This document shows, in pieces, positions 1 through 9,810 of a stretch of 20,000 nt of DNA. Made by a program: the position numbers and the translations under genes. How positions within the stretch are numbered: the first letter of the stretch is position 1; the number at the start of each line of letters is the position of its first letter. This DNA is from Raillietiella orientalis. Taxonomy: Eukaryota. The notes under the pieces were generated by a model. The model ran no database searches. It was given only the letters and a program-made list of their open reading frames with translations, and had not been told where the DNA came from. The stretch is taken from NCBI GenBank assembly GCA_036172245.1, contig JAYWIR010000137.1:53296-73295 (forward strand), given 5' to 3'.

Positions 1-1965
1 TAGGAGAGCGGATTGGGAAGCGGAATCGCTCCCGTTCCATGCCACATCGCGCCCAGCTGAGTCCTGGGAGCCGAGGATCATCGCCTCGGTCTCCGTGCAA
101 GAGCCGAAACCGCCTCCGGCAACAGGCTCGTGCATTCGCACTTTAGCCCGGCTCGCTGCCGGCTTACCCCGGGATGCGCGCTCCATTTGTTTGCACTTGG
201 ACTCCACCTCGGAGTCCGAGTGCCGGGCGCTTGATTAACGTTTTGCCATTCTCTTTTTGTTCCGGCAGGTGGAGGCTTGCCCTGCCCGCGCGGAGGTCGT
301 CGCAGTCGCCAACGCAGCTTCCGGAGCTTTGGCTTCCGCAGCCGCCCTCTCGCGCGAAGCGACGGAGACAGAGCACGCAGCCGTAGTGCGTACCTGGGTA
401 CGCACGTTCTTCGGCGTGCTTCTCTTTTGCCTCCCACCCACCTTAAGGATGGGGAATATTGAAGGGTCAACCTTCTTCTTCCCCTTTGTGGGCGTCCTGG
501 AGACTCGAGTCCAGCCCGCGTCGGGGACGCCCTCCTGGGAGGCCGACGCCTCCCTCAATTGTTTGGCCGGAGATGCCGGCTCAGGTTTCGCGCTCGCGGC
601 GAGAGACGGCTCCGTCCCCGTTATGCACTGCACCTGCTCCTTAGTTGATGCGGGCGAAACGGCGGTCATTGCCGTCGTCCCACGAGGCGCTATTGCAGCC
701 TTCGCTGCTGGTGCCTTCGGCGTGGAAGACGTGATCTCCACCGCCGTAGGAGTAGACTGCCGTTCAGAGGCAGCTCCGAGGGTACCCGCGCACGGTTTCC
801 CGTGTACTCCGCTGGACGCGCAAGCGGACACGGACGGTTCAGCAGCCTTGATTGAGTGTGTGCCCGCACTCTTAGGCTGCTTCGAAGGTGGCGATTTTCC
901 CCCAGGGCGACGTGGCATCTTTGCCGTCTGCGCGGTTGTCTGGGATAGTGGCTTTCCTGATGCAACCGCGCCCTTATTCGCGGGACCGCCACTCGAAGAT
1001 GCCCCGCCCTTCGCGTCCGATTTCTCCCGTGGCACAACGGGGGATCTTTTCGGCGCGGACGGGGTCGATTGTTGGCGGCTTTTCGCCTGTCGCTTTCTCT
1101 TCAGCTCGGCGCACTCTTTGATGGAGTGGCCGAGCTGTTTACAATAGCGGCAGTTGCGTGGAGGGCACGTCCACGGACGGTGGCCCTCTGCACCGCAAAT
1201 GCCGCAAGCCGGTCGCTGACCTGCAAATTTAAGGTGGACGATCGCATCGCCCACCTGCAAGTGCGGAGGCATTTGCCTATTATCCGCCATGGTGACACGC
1301 GCCATGGCAAGTCCGCTGTGGAGAGATGCAATCCTTTTGATCGGATTGTCTGCTCTCCACAGCGCGTGCACCGTGGCGAATACACTTAGTGCAGCGACGA
1401 GCACGCAATCGGGCGTGTCCACCTGGACGGCGGATAATCGGACCACGAACGACTGGTCCATGGCCGACGGGACGACCTCCTTCCTGCGGATATTTAGCAA
1501 GGTGCGGAGAAGGAGATGGACTAGGGATGCCTCTTTGCAGTGCTCCTCCCAGCTTTCGAGCGCGTTAACCGGCATGACGGCCAGGAGGTCGCCCTCTCGG
1601 ACCCGACGCGCAAAAGCTCGTCCCACAAATTTTCTCCGACCCCGTCGAAGATAGAAGCACTCACCGGATAGCAGAGCGCAGGCTTGTAGCCATGGGCTGC
1701 ATATGCCTGCAGCTCTGCTTCGTCGGGCGGTGCTCCGTTGGCTGCCGCCACCTTGACGACGGCGGCGAAGCTTCTCGCCGGTGGCGAGACACAAGAATCA
1801 GAGGTGGACCGGACATCTGGAGTAGAGTCTCTACTGCCAGTAGCAGCCTCCACATCCATCTCTTGCTGCAGGGGCTCCGTGGACATCCCAGTGGACGCAC
1901 TCGGGCGCACCACACACAAGAAGACGGAAAGGATTCACGTTCGAGGAGCAACACAGAACACGTCC
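1..1965 (-). mobile_element. 5' part of non-LTR retrotransposon (5' UTR + ORF1), divergent subfamily; runs off the window's left edge
   Basis: Family 5' motif GGACGTGTTCT starts at 1965, followed by a 79-nt UTR and ATG at 1886. ORF1 is homologous to 14409-16160 (AYAAHGYKPALCY ~ AYKASGYKPSLVY; MDQSFVV ~ MDRSVVV). Confidence 0.9.
235..1886 (-). pseudogene. ORF1 (gag-like nucleic-acid-binding protein), frameshifted near 1603
   Basis: N-terminus is in ORF 1521..1919 and the remainder in ORF 235..1794. Two knuckles, CGICGAEGHRPWTC and CRYCKQLGHSIKEC, precede a low-complexity tail. True C-terminus uncertain. Confidence 0.85.
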
Positions 1966-1966
1966 T

Positions 1967-2520
1967 TGCAGCGTTGTCGTCGAGCGTATTACCGACAGCT
2001 GCGAAAAAGAACTAAACGCTACCGATGACAATCCCTCTGATGACTCTGTCAACAGCGAGGAGAGCGAATCGGCGGCGGCGTCTTTCATCGACACCACCAT
2101 CGATGTAGCCTTCGCGCGAGCCTCTGAGGAGCTCGCTGCCTCGTTGCAGCCAGAAACCTCCACGGCAAGCAAAAAGGCCGTTAGGCGTCGGACCTCCCCT
2201 CAGGAGTCCCCCACTTCCGACCCCGAGGTGGAGGCCGGAAGCGAAGCCTCCGTTTGCACGGCACCACGCAAGAAGGCTGGACGTCAGTCCACAAAGCCGA
2301 GAAAGCTCGTCTCTCCCGTCGAAGCGGAAGAGATGGCTTCCGCAAGCGAGGGTGCCATGAGCGTGAGAAACTCGCGGGACCCGTTGCCCGAGAGACTCCC
2401 ACGCGCGGACAAGTAGGGGATGTAGGGGAAACAGGCCGGAAAGGTGCTTCAGGTGCCTTAAAAGGCGTAAACCCCCATGGACATGCCGCAGGCGTGATCT
2501 CTGCAGAATAAGTGCAAGAG
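1967..2520 (+). mobile_element. ORF1 C-terminal fragment
   Basis: CSVVVERI, DVAFARASEELAASL and SDPEVEAGS..APRKKAGRQSTKPRK match the ORF1 tail of other copies (ECTVALERI, AAFAQAAEELA, LDLEAGS..PPRKSGRKSQKPRR). Likely ORF1 stop TAA at 2509-2511. Confidence 0.85.
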
Positions 2521-2521
2521 G

Positions 2522-3153
2522 TTTCTCACCCGGTCACGCCGGGGTGTTTATTTCATATAAATACAACATAAAGAAATATATAAAATAAACCGGTTTGGGA
2601 CCATGCACCCAACCGACGAAGCACAAGTATCAAGAGTACATTGCTGGCACGCAGGTCAGAATTACACAGAACGGTTTGTGGAAACTGGGAAAACGAACAA
2701 ACAAAAACAAAAGAAAAAGAAATCAGCGGGGGACGCGGGGACAAGGATCTTTGAAATCCCTCTGGTTCTCTCCGGGGTAATAGTGATGGCACCGGTATTC
2801 TAGCAGAGCGAGCGGGAAAGGGGTATGGGTGGTCTTCAGGACGTAGTGGTCACCGGATGAAGCCCTTCCTAAAAGTCTGTAAACCGGCGGTGGATGCCGG
2901 CGATGTCCTCTTTCACCTTGTCACGAAGATGAGACCACTTAGTAGAGTTTTTCATGAATTCTGCTGCAAACCGGTGAGCCTCGCTTCGCTGCGCTGACAA
3001 CTCCAGGGCGTAGCGGGCCTTCACGATGGCGCGAATGCAACACATGGTTGCGACAATCGCGCCTACCGAAAATCCATTCCTCCTGAAGAAGCGCCGCAGC
3101 ACATCAATAGCAGTGCCTCTCTGCGGCAGGATGGCTGAAATCAGCCTGTTTTT
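2522..3153 (-). mobile_element. 5'-truncated copy: ORF2 C-terminus + 3' UTR + 3' terminus
   Basis: ATMCCIRAIV..KWSHL..IAGIHRRFTDF* (stop 2869-2871), T-rich UTR, AATAAA (2552-2547), hairpin CCCGG-cgtga-CCGGG, then TGAGAAA. Confidence 0.88.
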
Positions 3154-3156
3154 TAG

Positions 3157-3308
3157 CCTGGCTTCGGCGGTCGAGGAGTTCTTCGACCTGCTGCATCGGG
3201 GAACCAGACTTACGGTGAACAGGGCGAAGTCGCCCGTGATGCCAGTTGATGCGACGTGGGCAGAACAGCAGGTCTGGGTCCGTTTAGGGATCACTGCGGT
3301 GAAGTACT
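3157..3308 (+). mobile_element. Short RT fragment (region just after YADD)
   Basis: ASAVEEFFDLLHRGTRLTVNRAKS..WVRLGI..KY matches AKAVGHFFDLLSRGTGLQVNRAKS..WVRLGI at ~18190-18345. Confidence 0.9.
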
Positions 3309-3604
3309 TCTTGCTTCGGTCACGCAGTGGCGCCAAATGGCAAGATAAAACTCTTTACTCCCCCTCCTGTTCGTGAGGTCCAAGCCGCTCGGTGCGTACA
3401 CCTTGGTGACGATCACATAAATCGAATCGAGCCACCTGACAGTCAGCTAACCGAGACGACCGTGATCGTCGAACCACACGCCCCGAGCCACGGCCTCGAC
3501 AACTTTCCGCAGTAGGGAGAAAACAACGCAACTCTTCCGCTAGCCACAACTATACGATAGCCGCCCTCAGAAGATCCGTTAAATCTCCTGCGCTCCTACA
3601 GTGG
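3309..3604 (-). mobile_element. APE endonuclease fragment from a divergent subfamily (not shown as an ORF in the track)
   Basis: Manual translation GVWFDDHGRLG*LTVRWLDSIYVIVTKVYAPSG aligns to GVRFDDEGRVGQLILSWSDSIELIVTNVYAPSG. Confidence 0.8.
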
Positions 3605-4147
3605 ACACGTGTTTTCGTGTCTTCGTCGAGAAAGACGTGGTCCAAGCTGCTGAACATCCCGCTTATTTCTGTCAACAGGTTGCGCGTGCGCATGGCAGCG
3701 CCCAACTCGTTGATCGAGTTCCCCTGTGCTCCGGGCTGATCTGAGAGCAGGCGGACGTTGAAATCGCCTGCTATCATATGCGCCTTTCGCACGTCCACGT
3801 CCACCAGCCATTCGCGCTTCAAGGTTTCCAGTAACACGTCGCGCTGCTGGTATCCCTGTTTACCGCTAGGAGCGTACACATTGGTGACGATGAGGTCGAT
3901 CGAATCGGACCATCTGAGAATCAGTAGGTCGATCCGTCCGTCGTCCCTAAAGCGCACGCCCTTCACGGGTGCGTTAATGGCTGACTTTAGGAAGAACGCG
4001 ACCCCACAAGTGTTGCGGGCGCCGCATCGCCAGTACAACCGCCCTCCCGCGATCGTTTCTATCTCCTGGGAGTCTTTTGCGGTGATCACGTGGATCACCT
4101 GCGAAAGCACCAGGTCAAAATCTCGCAAGGTGGCGGCTGTATCTCGA
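3605..4147 (-). mobile_element. APE endonuclease fragment
   Basis: ORF 3550..4128 has CGVAFF, NVYAPS, AGDFN and SLDHVFL, colinear with ~16240-16780. Confidence 0.92.
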
Positions 4148-4202
4148 AATTTTGTAATTTCAAAATTTTAGTACTCAAAGCCCCGGCTTACCCAGGTGAA
4201 AA
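4146..4202 (+). mobile_element. Extreme 3' terminus (~55 nt) of an element
   Basis: Similar to 6593-6650; ends CCCCGGCTTACCCAGGTGAAAA. Confidence 0.8.
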
Positions 4203-4510
4203 ACCTTGTATACAAGCGATGGCTTGTATTCAGAGGCCCGATAGGCGGCTTCCTCGCCAATGGCCTTAGCACTGGGGCGGCGACCATTTCACTCCAAGTC
4301 TTCGCCGGCTGCAAAGACGTTCCAGGGACTATTGCCCCATAGCTCTAGGTCTTGTGGTAGGACTTGCCTCTCCCACAACTACATCCATCGCATTGTCCTC
4401 TGGCACGGCCGCCATCGGACACCGACGACCCACACTTTACACCTGACTACACTAAAAACTCCGGTTGCTTCTCAGACAAGCGCTGGCGGAGCGACCAAAA
4501 AAACACGTCC
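4203..4510 (-). mobile_element. 5' terminus + ORF1 N-terminus, cut at YKPSLVYKV
   Basis: GGACGTGTTTT at 4510, CGGTGTCCG-ATG at 4415, MAAVPEDNAMDV.., then EEAAYRASEYKPSLVYKV; frameshifted. Confidence 0.88.
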
Positions 4511-4534
4511 ACCCACACCGGCTTTCGGCGATGC

Positions 4535-5773
4535 CACCCGGATACGCCGGGACGTTTATTAAAAACATTTCGACGGTCAATACAGAACGTGGTACAAGGC
4601 CTCACTGACGGCCACGCAATACTGGAACTGCCGGGACACCGGAACGCAGCCCGGTGTGGCTCTTCTCGGCAGTGGAGGGGGATGGAAGAGAAAAATGGAA
4701 TAAAATAAAAGAGAAAAACAAACCACAAAAAAAAAGTTTGGAGGGCCGGGAAGGGATCACAGAAAACTGCTGGGAGCGCCCATCCTTTGCAGGATGCCTT
4801 CTAGTTCCATTTTCAATTTTCCTAGATGGGGTAATCGGTTAGCTCTCTGCAGGAAGCGAGAAGCATACTCGGTGACGTCCCTTACGATGCAGTCTTCATC
4901 TTTGGCATCACTCCAGGCCGCCACGATCCCACGAATGCAGCAAAGTGCTGCCAGGCCTGCGGCTGGACTGAGGGCGTCCCGCACGAAGACAAGACTGAAG
5001 ACACATCCAACATTGCCATCATCCGGTATCCGGAGGGCCGTTTTAAAACGATCCCAAAGAATCTCGACGGCAGGGCATTCAACTAACAGGTGAGGGAGCG
5101 AATCCCGCTCCCCACACCTGACACACGCAGGATTTACTCTTACTCGCGTCCAGTGGAAGCGGCGCGCGTTGCAGGGTAGACCCCAATGCAGCCACAGTAG
5201 CGCCGATTCTTGCCACTTCAGGTGAAGAATCCTGGATCCAAGTAGAACCGGGGGCCACTTCAGGTCATCCAATCGAATGCCGAGCAGCTCGCCCCATCTT
5301 CTTAATCCACGCGGCTGGAGACTAGGGGTCGTTGCATCTGTCAACTCTCCCATGGTCCAGCCGCACATCATCTCTCTGCCTGCGATACGGCAGCAGACTT
5401 GCCACCTTGGCTTCCGGCTTTCGTGAAGCGCCCTTTGGAGGAAGGGCATCGCCGTAACAAGGGGTGTGCCTTCCGCCCACTTGCAACTCGTTGGAAATTC
5501 AAGAATTTCACGGAGAATTCGGCGGGCGTAAAAGCCGACTCGCAGGCAGTTCATCCGGTCTTCGCAGCTCTGGTTCTGCTTGGCCCAGGTGCCAGCAGTC
5601 TCCTCTAGCAAAGCGGAGCAGTTGGCGGGGCCACAAACCATCCAGTTCTCCTTTGCCAGGGTTGCCATGCGGCCGAGCAGTAGACCGCATCTTCGAATCT
5701 TCCGGCCAGGGCACAGAAGAAACGATGCGAGTCCTTCGCAGAGGGACACACGCCTGTCCAGGAGGCGGGCCGG
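4535..5773 (-). mobile_element. 3' part of element: ORF2 C-terminal third + 3' UTR
   Basis: ORF 4757..5749 has LKWQE, HWGLP and CVRCGERDSLPHLLVEC. The terminus reads AATAAAcgtCCCGG-cgtat-CCGGGTG. Confidence 0.92.
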
Positions 5774-6650
5774 AAGGCGTGGACGTCCCGGAAACTAGCT
5801 GACGCTAGTACCCCGAGTGTGCCGCCGAACGGAATTGTACGCTGGGGCGCGCTGCTCGGCATACCTCCGAAGGAGGTGAAGTGGCCCCCAGCGTCTTGGG
5901 ACAACGGCACCCTTCACCTGCAGTGGCAGGAGACGGCGTTTCTTCTGCTCTTCTGGGACTTTTAAGCAGAGCACGCCTGTCTCACTGGACATCGGGGAGT
6001 ATTGATGCTAGTTGTGCAGAGTGCGGGGAAAGAGAAACCTTCTCCCACTTAATCATAGAATGCGTTGCCCTCCTCGAGATGTGTAACCGACTCTTGTCGA
6101 TCCTGAACATTCCGGTGGGCGACCCAAAACATCTATTGAGACGCCTCCTACGCGAGATGGCTTGTTAGCCTCCGGATGCGTAGCAGTGCTCTGCTGCATA
6201 CGCGGTATCCTGCATAAGTGGACCGCGTCAAGGAGAGGAAGAACCAGTCGGAGAGCCATCCACTGGGCAGCGATCTCTTTGGAGAAAGCCTGTTGTTGGC
6301 GCCGACTTAATATACATTTGCCGGCATTTGTTTGCATCCGAAACCGGATGCAAAGGCCTCCTCACGGCGCACCGTGATTCCCTATCTCCCTTTCCATTCC
6401 CCAAAAACATTACCCTCTACACGTTATTCTTTGTTTCTTTGTTTTATTTTTTGTTTTGCCCGCCCCGGCGCTAGTGAGAAGGAACATATCGGCGTCCGGG
6501 TCGGTAAGGACAAGTGCAACGACACTACGATAAACTTCTGAATGTCCTAAAGAGGAAAATTAACCTTGTTTAAAAATTCAGACCTTATTATGAAATTTTT
6601 GTATTCTCAAAAATTTTAATAATAAAAGTCCCGGCTTACCCTGGTGAAAA
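5774..6650 (+). mobile_element. 5'-truncated degenerate copy: ORF2 C-terminus + 3' UTR
   Basis: KAWTSRKLADASTPSVPPNG..WG, CAECGERETFSHLIIEC and VAVLCCIRGI, with stops and frameshifts. AATAAA at 6621, ends GGTGAAAA. Confidence 0.9.
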
Positions 6651-6719
6651 ACCTTGTATACAAGCGATGGCTTGTATTCACAGGCCCGATAGGCGGCTTC
6701 CTCTGCCAAGGCATCCGCA
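6651..6719 (-). mobile_element. Tiny ORF1 fragment
   Basis: Reverse complement encodes ADALAEEAAYRACEYKPSLVYKV. Confidence 0.85.
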
Positions 6720-6720
6720 A

Positions 6721-7054
6721 TAGTTTTTTAGGTTAGCCAGCGCAAACATGTCGTCGGCTGCCCAGTGGGCCCATCTGCCACAGGGCGTAAGGAGAGAGAT
6801 CGCCGGCATCCATCGCCGGTTTTGAAAGGAAGGAACGGATTTACCAAAGACCCCTGTCCCCTGCCCTCCATATTTTTCTTTTATTTTTTTTATATAGTAG
6901 TGTGTTTGTGGTCCCTTCCCTCCCGTTCCGGACTTTCGGCATACCGACCTGCGTGTCGGGGATCCCACCCCCTTCGTCTCTTGTTTTCCCCTTTGTCCGG
7001 GAACCCTGTTCACGGATAGTTTATAATAAACGCACCGGCGCACCCAAGTGACAA
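6721..7054 (+). mobile_element. Short 5'-truncated copy: last ORF2 codons + 3' UTR
   Basis: AQWAHLPQGVRREIAGIHRRF* matches the C-terminus at 2869-2950. T-rich UTR, AATAAA at 7025, degenerate hairpin, then TGACAA. Confidence 0.8.
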
Positions 7055-7324
7055 CCAGCCACCCCCCTGCGATCCTCTCGATCTCCTGGGCGTTCTCCCC
7101 GGTAATCACGTGGATCTCCTGCAGGAGTGCCAGGTCGAAGTCACGCAGGGTGCCGGCCGTGTCCCGTCCGTTGCCGTCGTCGCGCAGCCCGTTGACGTCC
7201 CAGCAGGCTACGCGTAATCGACGGCGACAGGCGAGCCCAGGTGTTACTCCTGGGAAAGTGGCAATGAGACTCCCGCCACCTGGTCGGGCATGACGGATGG
7301 AGGCATGGGGGCACCGCCCAGCGG

Positions 7325-7500
7325 TTCTCCCACCTCCATGGGGGCCGATTCTTCGGCTGCGTTGGACGGTAAGGGGGAGCGGTTCTCAGCACTCTGCTCC
7401 CCCTCTTCCATGACCATCTCCTCCGCAGGCTCCACCGGTGGAAGGGGGAGGCAATGCCCTAGCTGCTCCCCCTCCTCCATGGGGGTGGCCGGCTCCTCGG
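7325..7500 (-). repeat. Three degenerate ~23-24-codon repeats (MEEGEQ) in ORF1 tail
   Basis: PMEEGEQ / VMEEGEQ / PMEVGEP. Confidence 0.75.
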
Positions 7501-8699
7501 TGGCGGAGGGTGGGAAAATTCCTCCCTCCGTTCCCACGCTGCCGGCTTCCCACTCGGCTGCCGGTGCGTCCCCCTCGCTCTTCGTCGGGATGCGCCTCTT
7601 GGGATTCTTGGACTTCCGTCCAGTCTTCTTCGGAGGCGCCTCCGTGAAGGAGGACGCACTTCCGGCATCCGGGTCGTGGTCACCTGTCGGAGATGCCCTG
7701 GTCGCGGCCGGCCTTTGCAAGGCCTTTTGCGCTCCGTTCTCACGGTCCGCGAGTTCGGCCGCGAGCTCTTCCGCCGCCTGCTGGAAGGCGGCCTCGTCGA
7801 TCGCGGCGAGCGCGTCGCGCGAACCCTCTGTTTGCACAGAGGGTTCGCCTTCCGTGATCGCGTTATCGTCGGCATCGACGCGGGGGATATCTCCCCCGGT
7901 GGCGGTCTCGGGTACCTCCACACGCTCCAAAGCGACCGAACATTCGCGGATCAACGCGCGGCGTTGTCTCCTATTTAAAGGAGACGTCGCGGTTTCCGCT
8001 GTTTACCCTTCGGTTTTCTTTGATTTCTTAGCTTTAGGCTTCGCCTTCTGCCAGCCTTCGCTCTTTTCAGCGTCGTCGGTAGATTCCATGACCGGCGTTT
8101 GCTGTACGGGCTCGGGCTCCGGCTGTGGGTTCCGCCTCACGGGTGCCTTCGCAGGGTTTTCCGTAGCCTCCGCGCGTTTCCCTTTGGCCTTTTTCAAGGC
8201 AGCGGGAGCCGGGGGTTCGCGCTTCGGGCACACTTTGCGGAGGTGGCCCTTCTCTCCACAGTGGAAACACTGGATGTGAGGGCACCGCTTTTTCAGGTGC
8301 CCTGTGGCATCACAGTGTCCACAGTACTTGGGCTTGCCCACGTACCAGACGTCGACGGTCTCGTTGCCGACGTCTAGTTTGTGGGGTAGCCCACCGTTTT
8401 CGTGAACAGTTACACGGGCACCAGCCATGCCACTAAACAGTCTTCCGTAACTCTGGAAGACGTTGGGCTTGGGCCATAGCGCGTGAACCGTTCAGTATTT
8501 TACGAGTTCCTCCTGCACGTCGGCTTTCAACATGCGGAGGGTGACTCCCGTGAGGTGCGTCACCACGGAGCGATCCTCCGTTACCGGGAAAACCTTCCGG
8601 CCTTCCAGTGTGATTGGCGTATTCAAGGAGGGCTGCAGGAGATGGGGCTGCAGCCACTGAACTCCAGGTCTTCGGCGATGCCGAAGACGCATTCGAGGG

Positions 8700-8880
8700 T
8701 GCAGCTGCCCCCTTTTTCAAGGAGGCGGTCGCGCCCTTTTCCAGGGTTGCGGTTGTCCCCTTTTTCAAGGGGGAGGTTGCACCCTGTTCCAGCGGGGCTT
8801 TTGCCCTTTTTTTCAAGGGGGCATTTGCCCTCGCTCCCGAGGCGGCGGTCGCCCCCTTTTTCAGGGGTGCGGCTGTCGTC
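8700..8880 (-). repeat. Coding minisatellite, ~24-bp unit, about 7 copies (APLKKGAT-like)
   Basis: APLKKGAT, APLKKRAK, APLEQGAT, SPLKKGTT, ATLEKGAT, ASLKKGAA. Confidence 0.85.
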
Positions 8881-9068
8881 GCCTCCGTGGGGGCGGTTGC
8901 GTCCACCTCCGTGGGTTGGGGAGAGGAGCAAGGCTCTCCCCCTCCTATATCCATCGCGGTGTCCTCAGGCATTTCCGACATTGGACACCGCAGATGATTC
9001 AGACACAAACACAATCGAAATCAACCGCTTTACACCAGGCGCGGAGGAGCGCTACAAAATCACGTCCG

Positions 9069-9570
9069 CACGCCAAGCTGCTAGCAGGGCTATGGGCTTC
9101 GCTTTTGGGGCAGGTGGCCGAGTCCATAATTAGCCCGGAGAAGACCTATGCTGTTCCCGGGCAAAGTATGGACGCCAACCTCTTCTTCAAAAGAACGTAG
9201 ATGCACCTGCAAATGAGAGAAAAGAAAGGGAAAGGGAAAATCGGCAACCCCACATTGGGGCCGCCAGCGGGTCTGGGAAGGGACCCTTGGGCGGGGAAGG
9301 GAGCCCTAGCGCTCGCAGTGGATCTCCACAAGTCGTTCGACTGTGTAGAGCAGGAACTCCTCTTGGAGCTCCTGGGTCGCATGGGCTTCCCACCCTCCCT
9401 GATTTCCTACCTGGGCTCTTGCTGGCGGAATGCGAGGATTACCGTCTTTTTCAGTGGACAGAAGGTGTATGGCGTGCCGGTGTGGCGGGGCATAAGGCAG
9501 GGCGATATCCTTAGCCCCCTGCTCTTCAGCACCTACTTTGAGTTGATGCTGAGAGCGTACAGGGAGCAAC
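9069..9570 (+). mobile_element. RT fragment
   Basis: AKLLAGLWASLLGQVAESIISPE..AVDLHKSFD..RGIRQGDILSPLLF; closely similar to ~17600-18095; premature TAG at 9198. Confidence 0.93.
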
Positions 9571-9810
9571 TCTTTTTGATTTGAGGAAGGGAGCTCGTGA
9601 GGGCGCCAGAAGTCGGCCCCGACGCAGCCGACCGATGGCGGCAACCTCGCCGGTGTGCTCAGCACGCCGAAAGCTCGCCGCCAAGGCTCCACTGGATTTG
9701 ATCGATGTTGGTGGCCAGGGTCGTGAGGAACTTGTCGAAACCGCTTCTGCAACGAAGACACATGATGCGCCATGCACGAAACGCATAGCTGCCGAAGGTG
9801 AGTGCGCTGC

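Larger units (their letters stand above)
7244..8981 (-). pseudogene. ORF1, disrupted (internal deletion near 8620, stops/frameshifts)
   Basis: Pieces lie in ORFs 8433..9014, 8492..8692, 8003..8428 (CGHCDATGHLKKRC, CFHCGEKGHLRKVC) and 7244..7954. The YKPSLVY..LAHRL block of other copies is missing. Confidence 0.88.
7055..9067 (-). mobile_element. 5' part of element: 5' UTR, ORF1, start of APE
   Basis: GGACGTGATTT at 9067, ATG at 8981, ORF1 stop at 7244-7246, then ACWDVNGLRDD..LLQEIH. Confidence 0.92.

Noticed and set aside
52..68. Minus-strand CCCAG-GACTCAG-CTGGG hairpin resembling the ORF1/ORF2 junction
   Set aside because: No stop codon in the loop and no convincing APE start before the window edge; unresolved.
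159..173. CCGGCTTACCCCGGG resembling the 3'-terminal hairpin
   Set aside because: No upstream AATAAA or T-rich UTR and no following TGAAAA.
257..1147. Long ORFs antisense to element ORFs (also 7290..8279, 12304..12981, 15572..16606)
   Set aside because: Shadow frames of GC-rich coding sequence with no independent motifs.
4181..4255. Repeated ~75-nt block as an snRNA/SL-RNA target gene typical of Tx1-clade elements
   Set aside because: It resolves into an element 3' end plus antisense ORF1 codons; no RNA gene recognised.
5773..5774. Twin-priming inversion of a single RNA
   Set aside because: Both sides cover the same ORF2 region with diverged sequence and each has its own 3' end, so they are two different copies.
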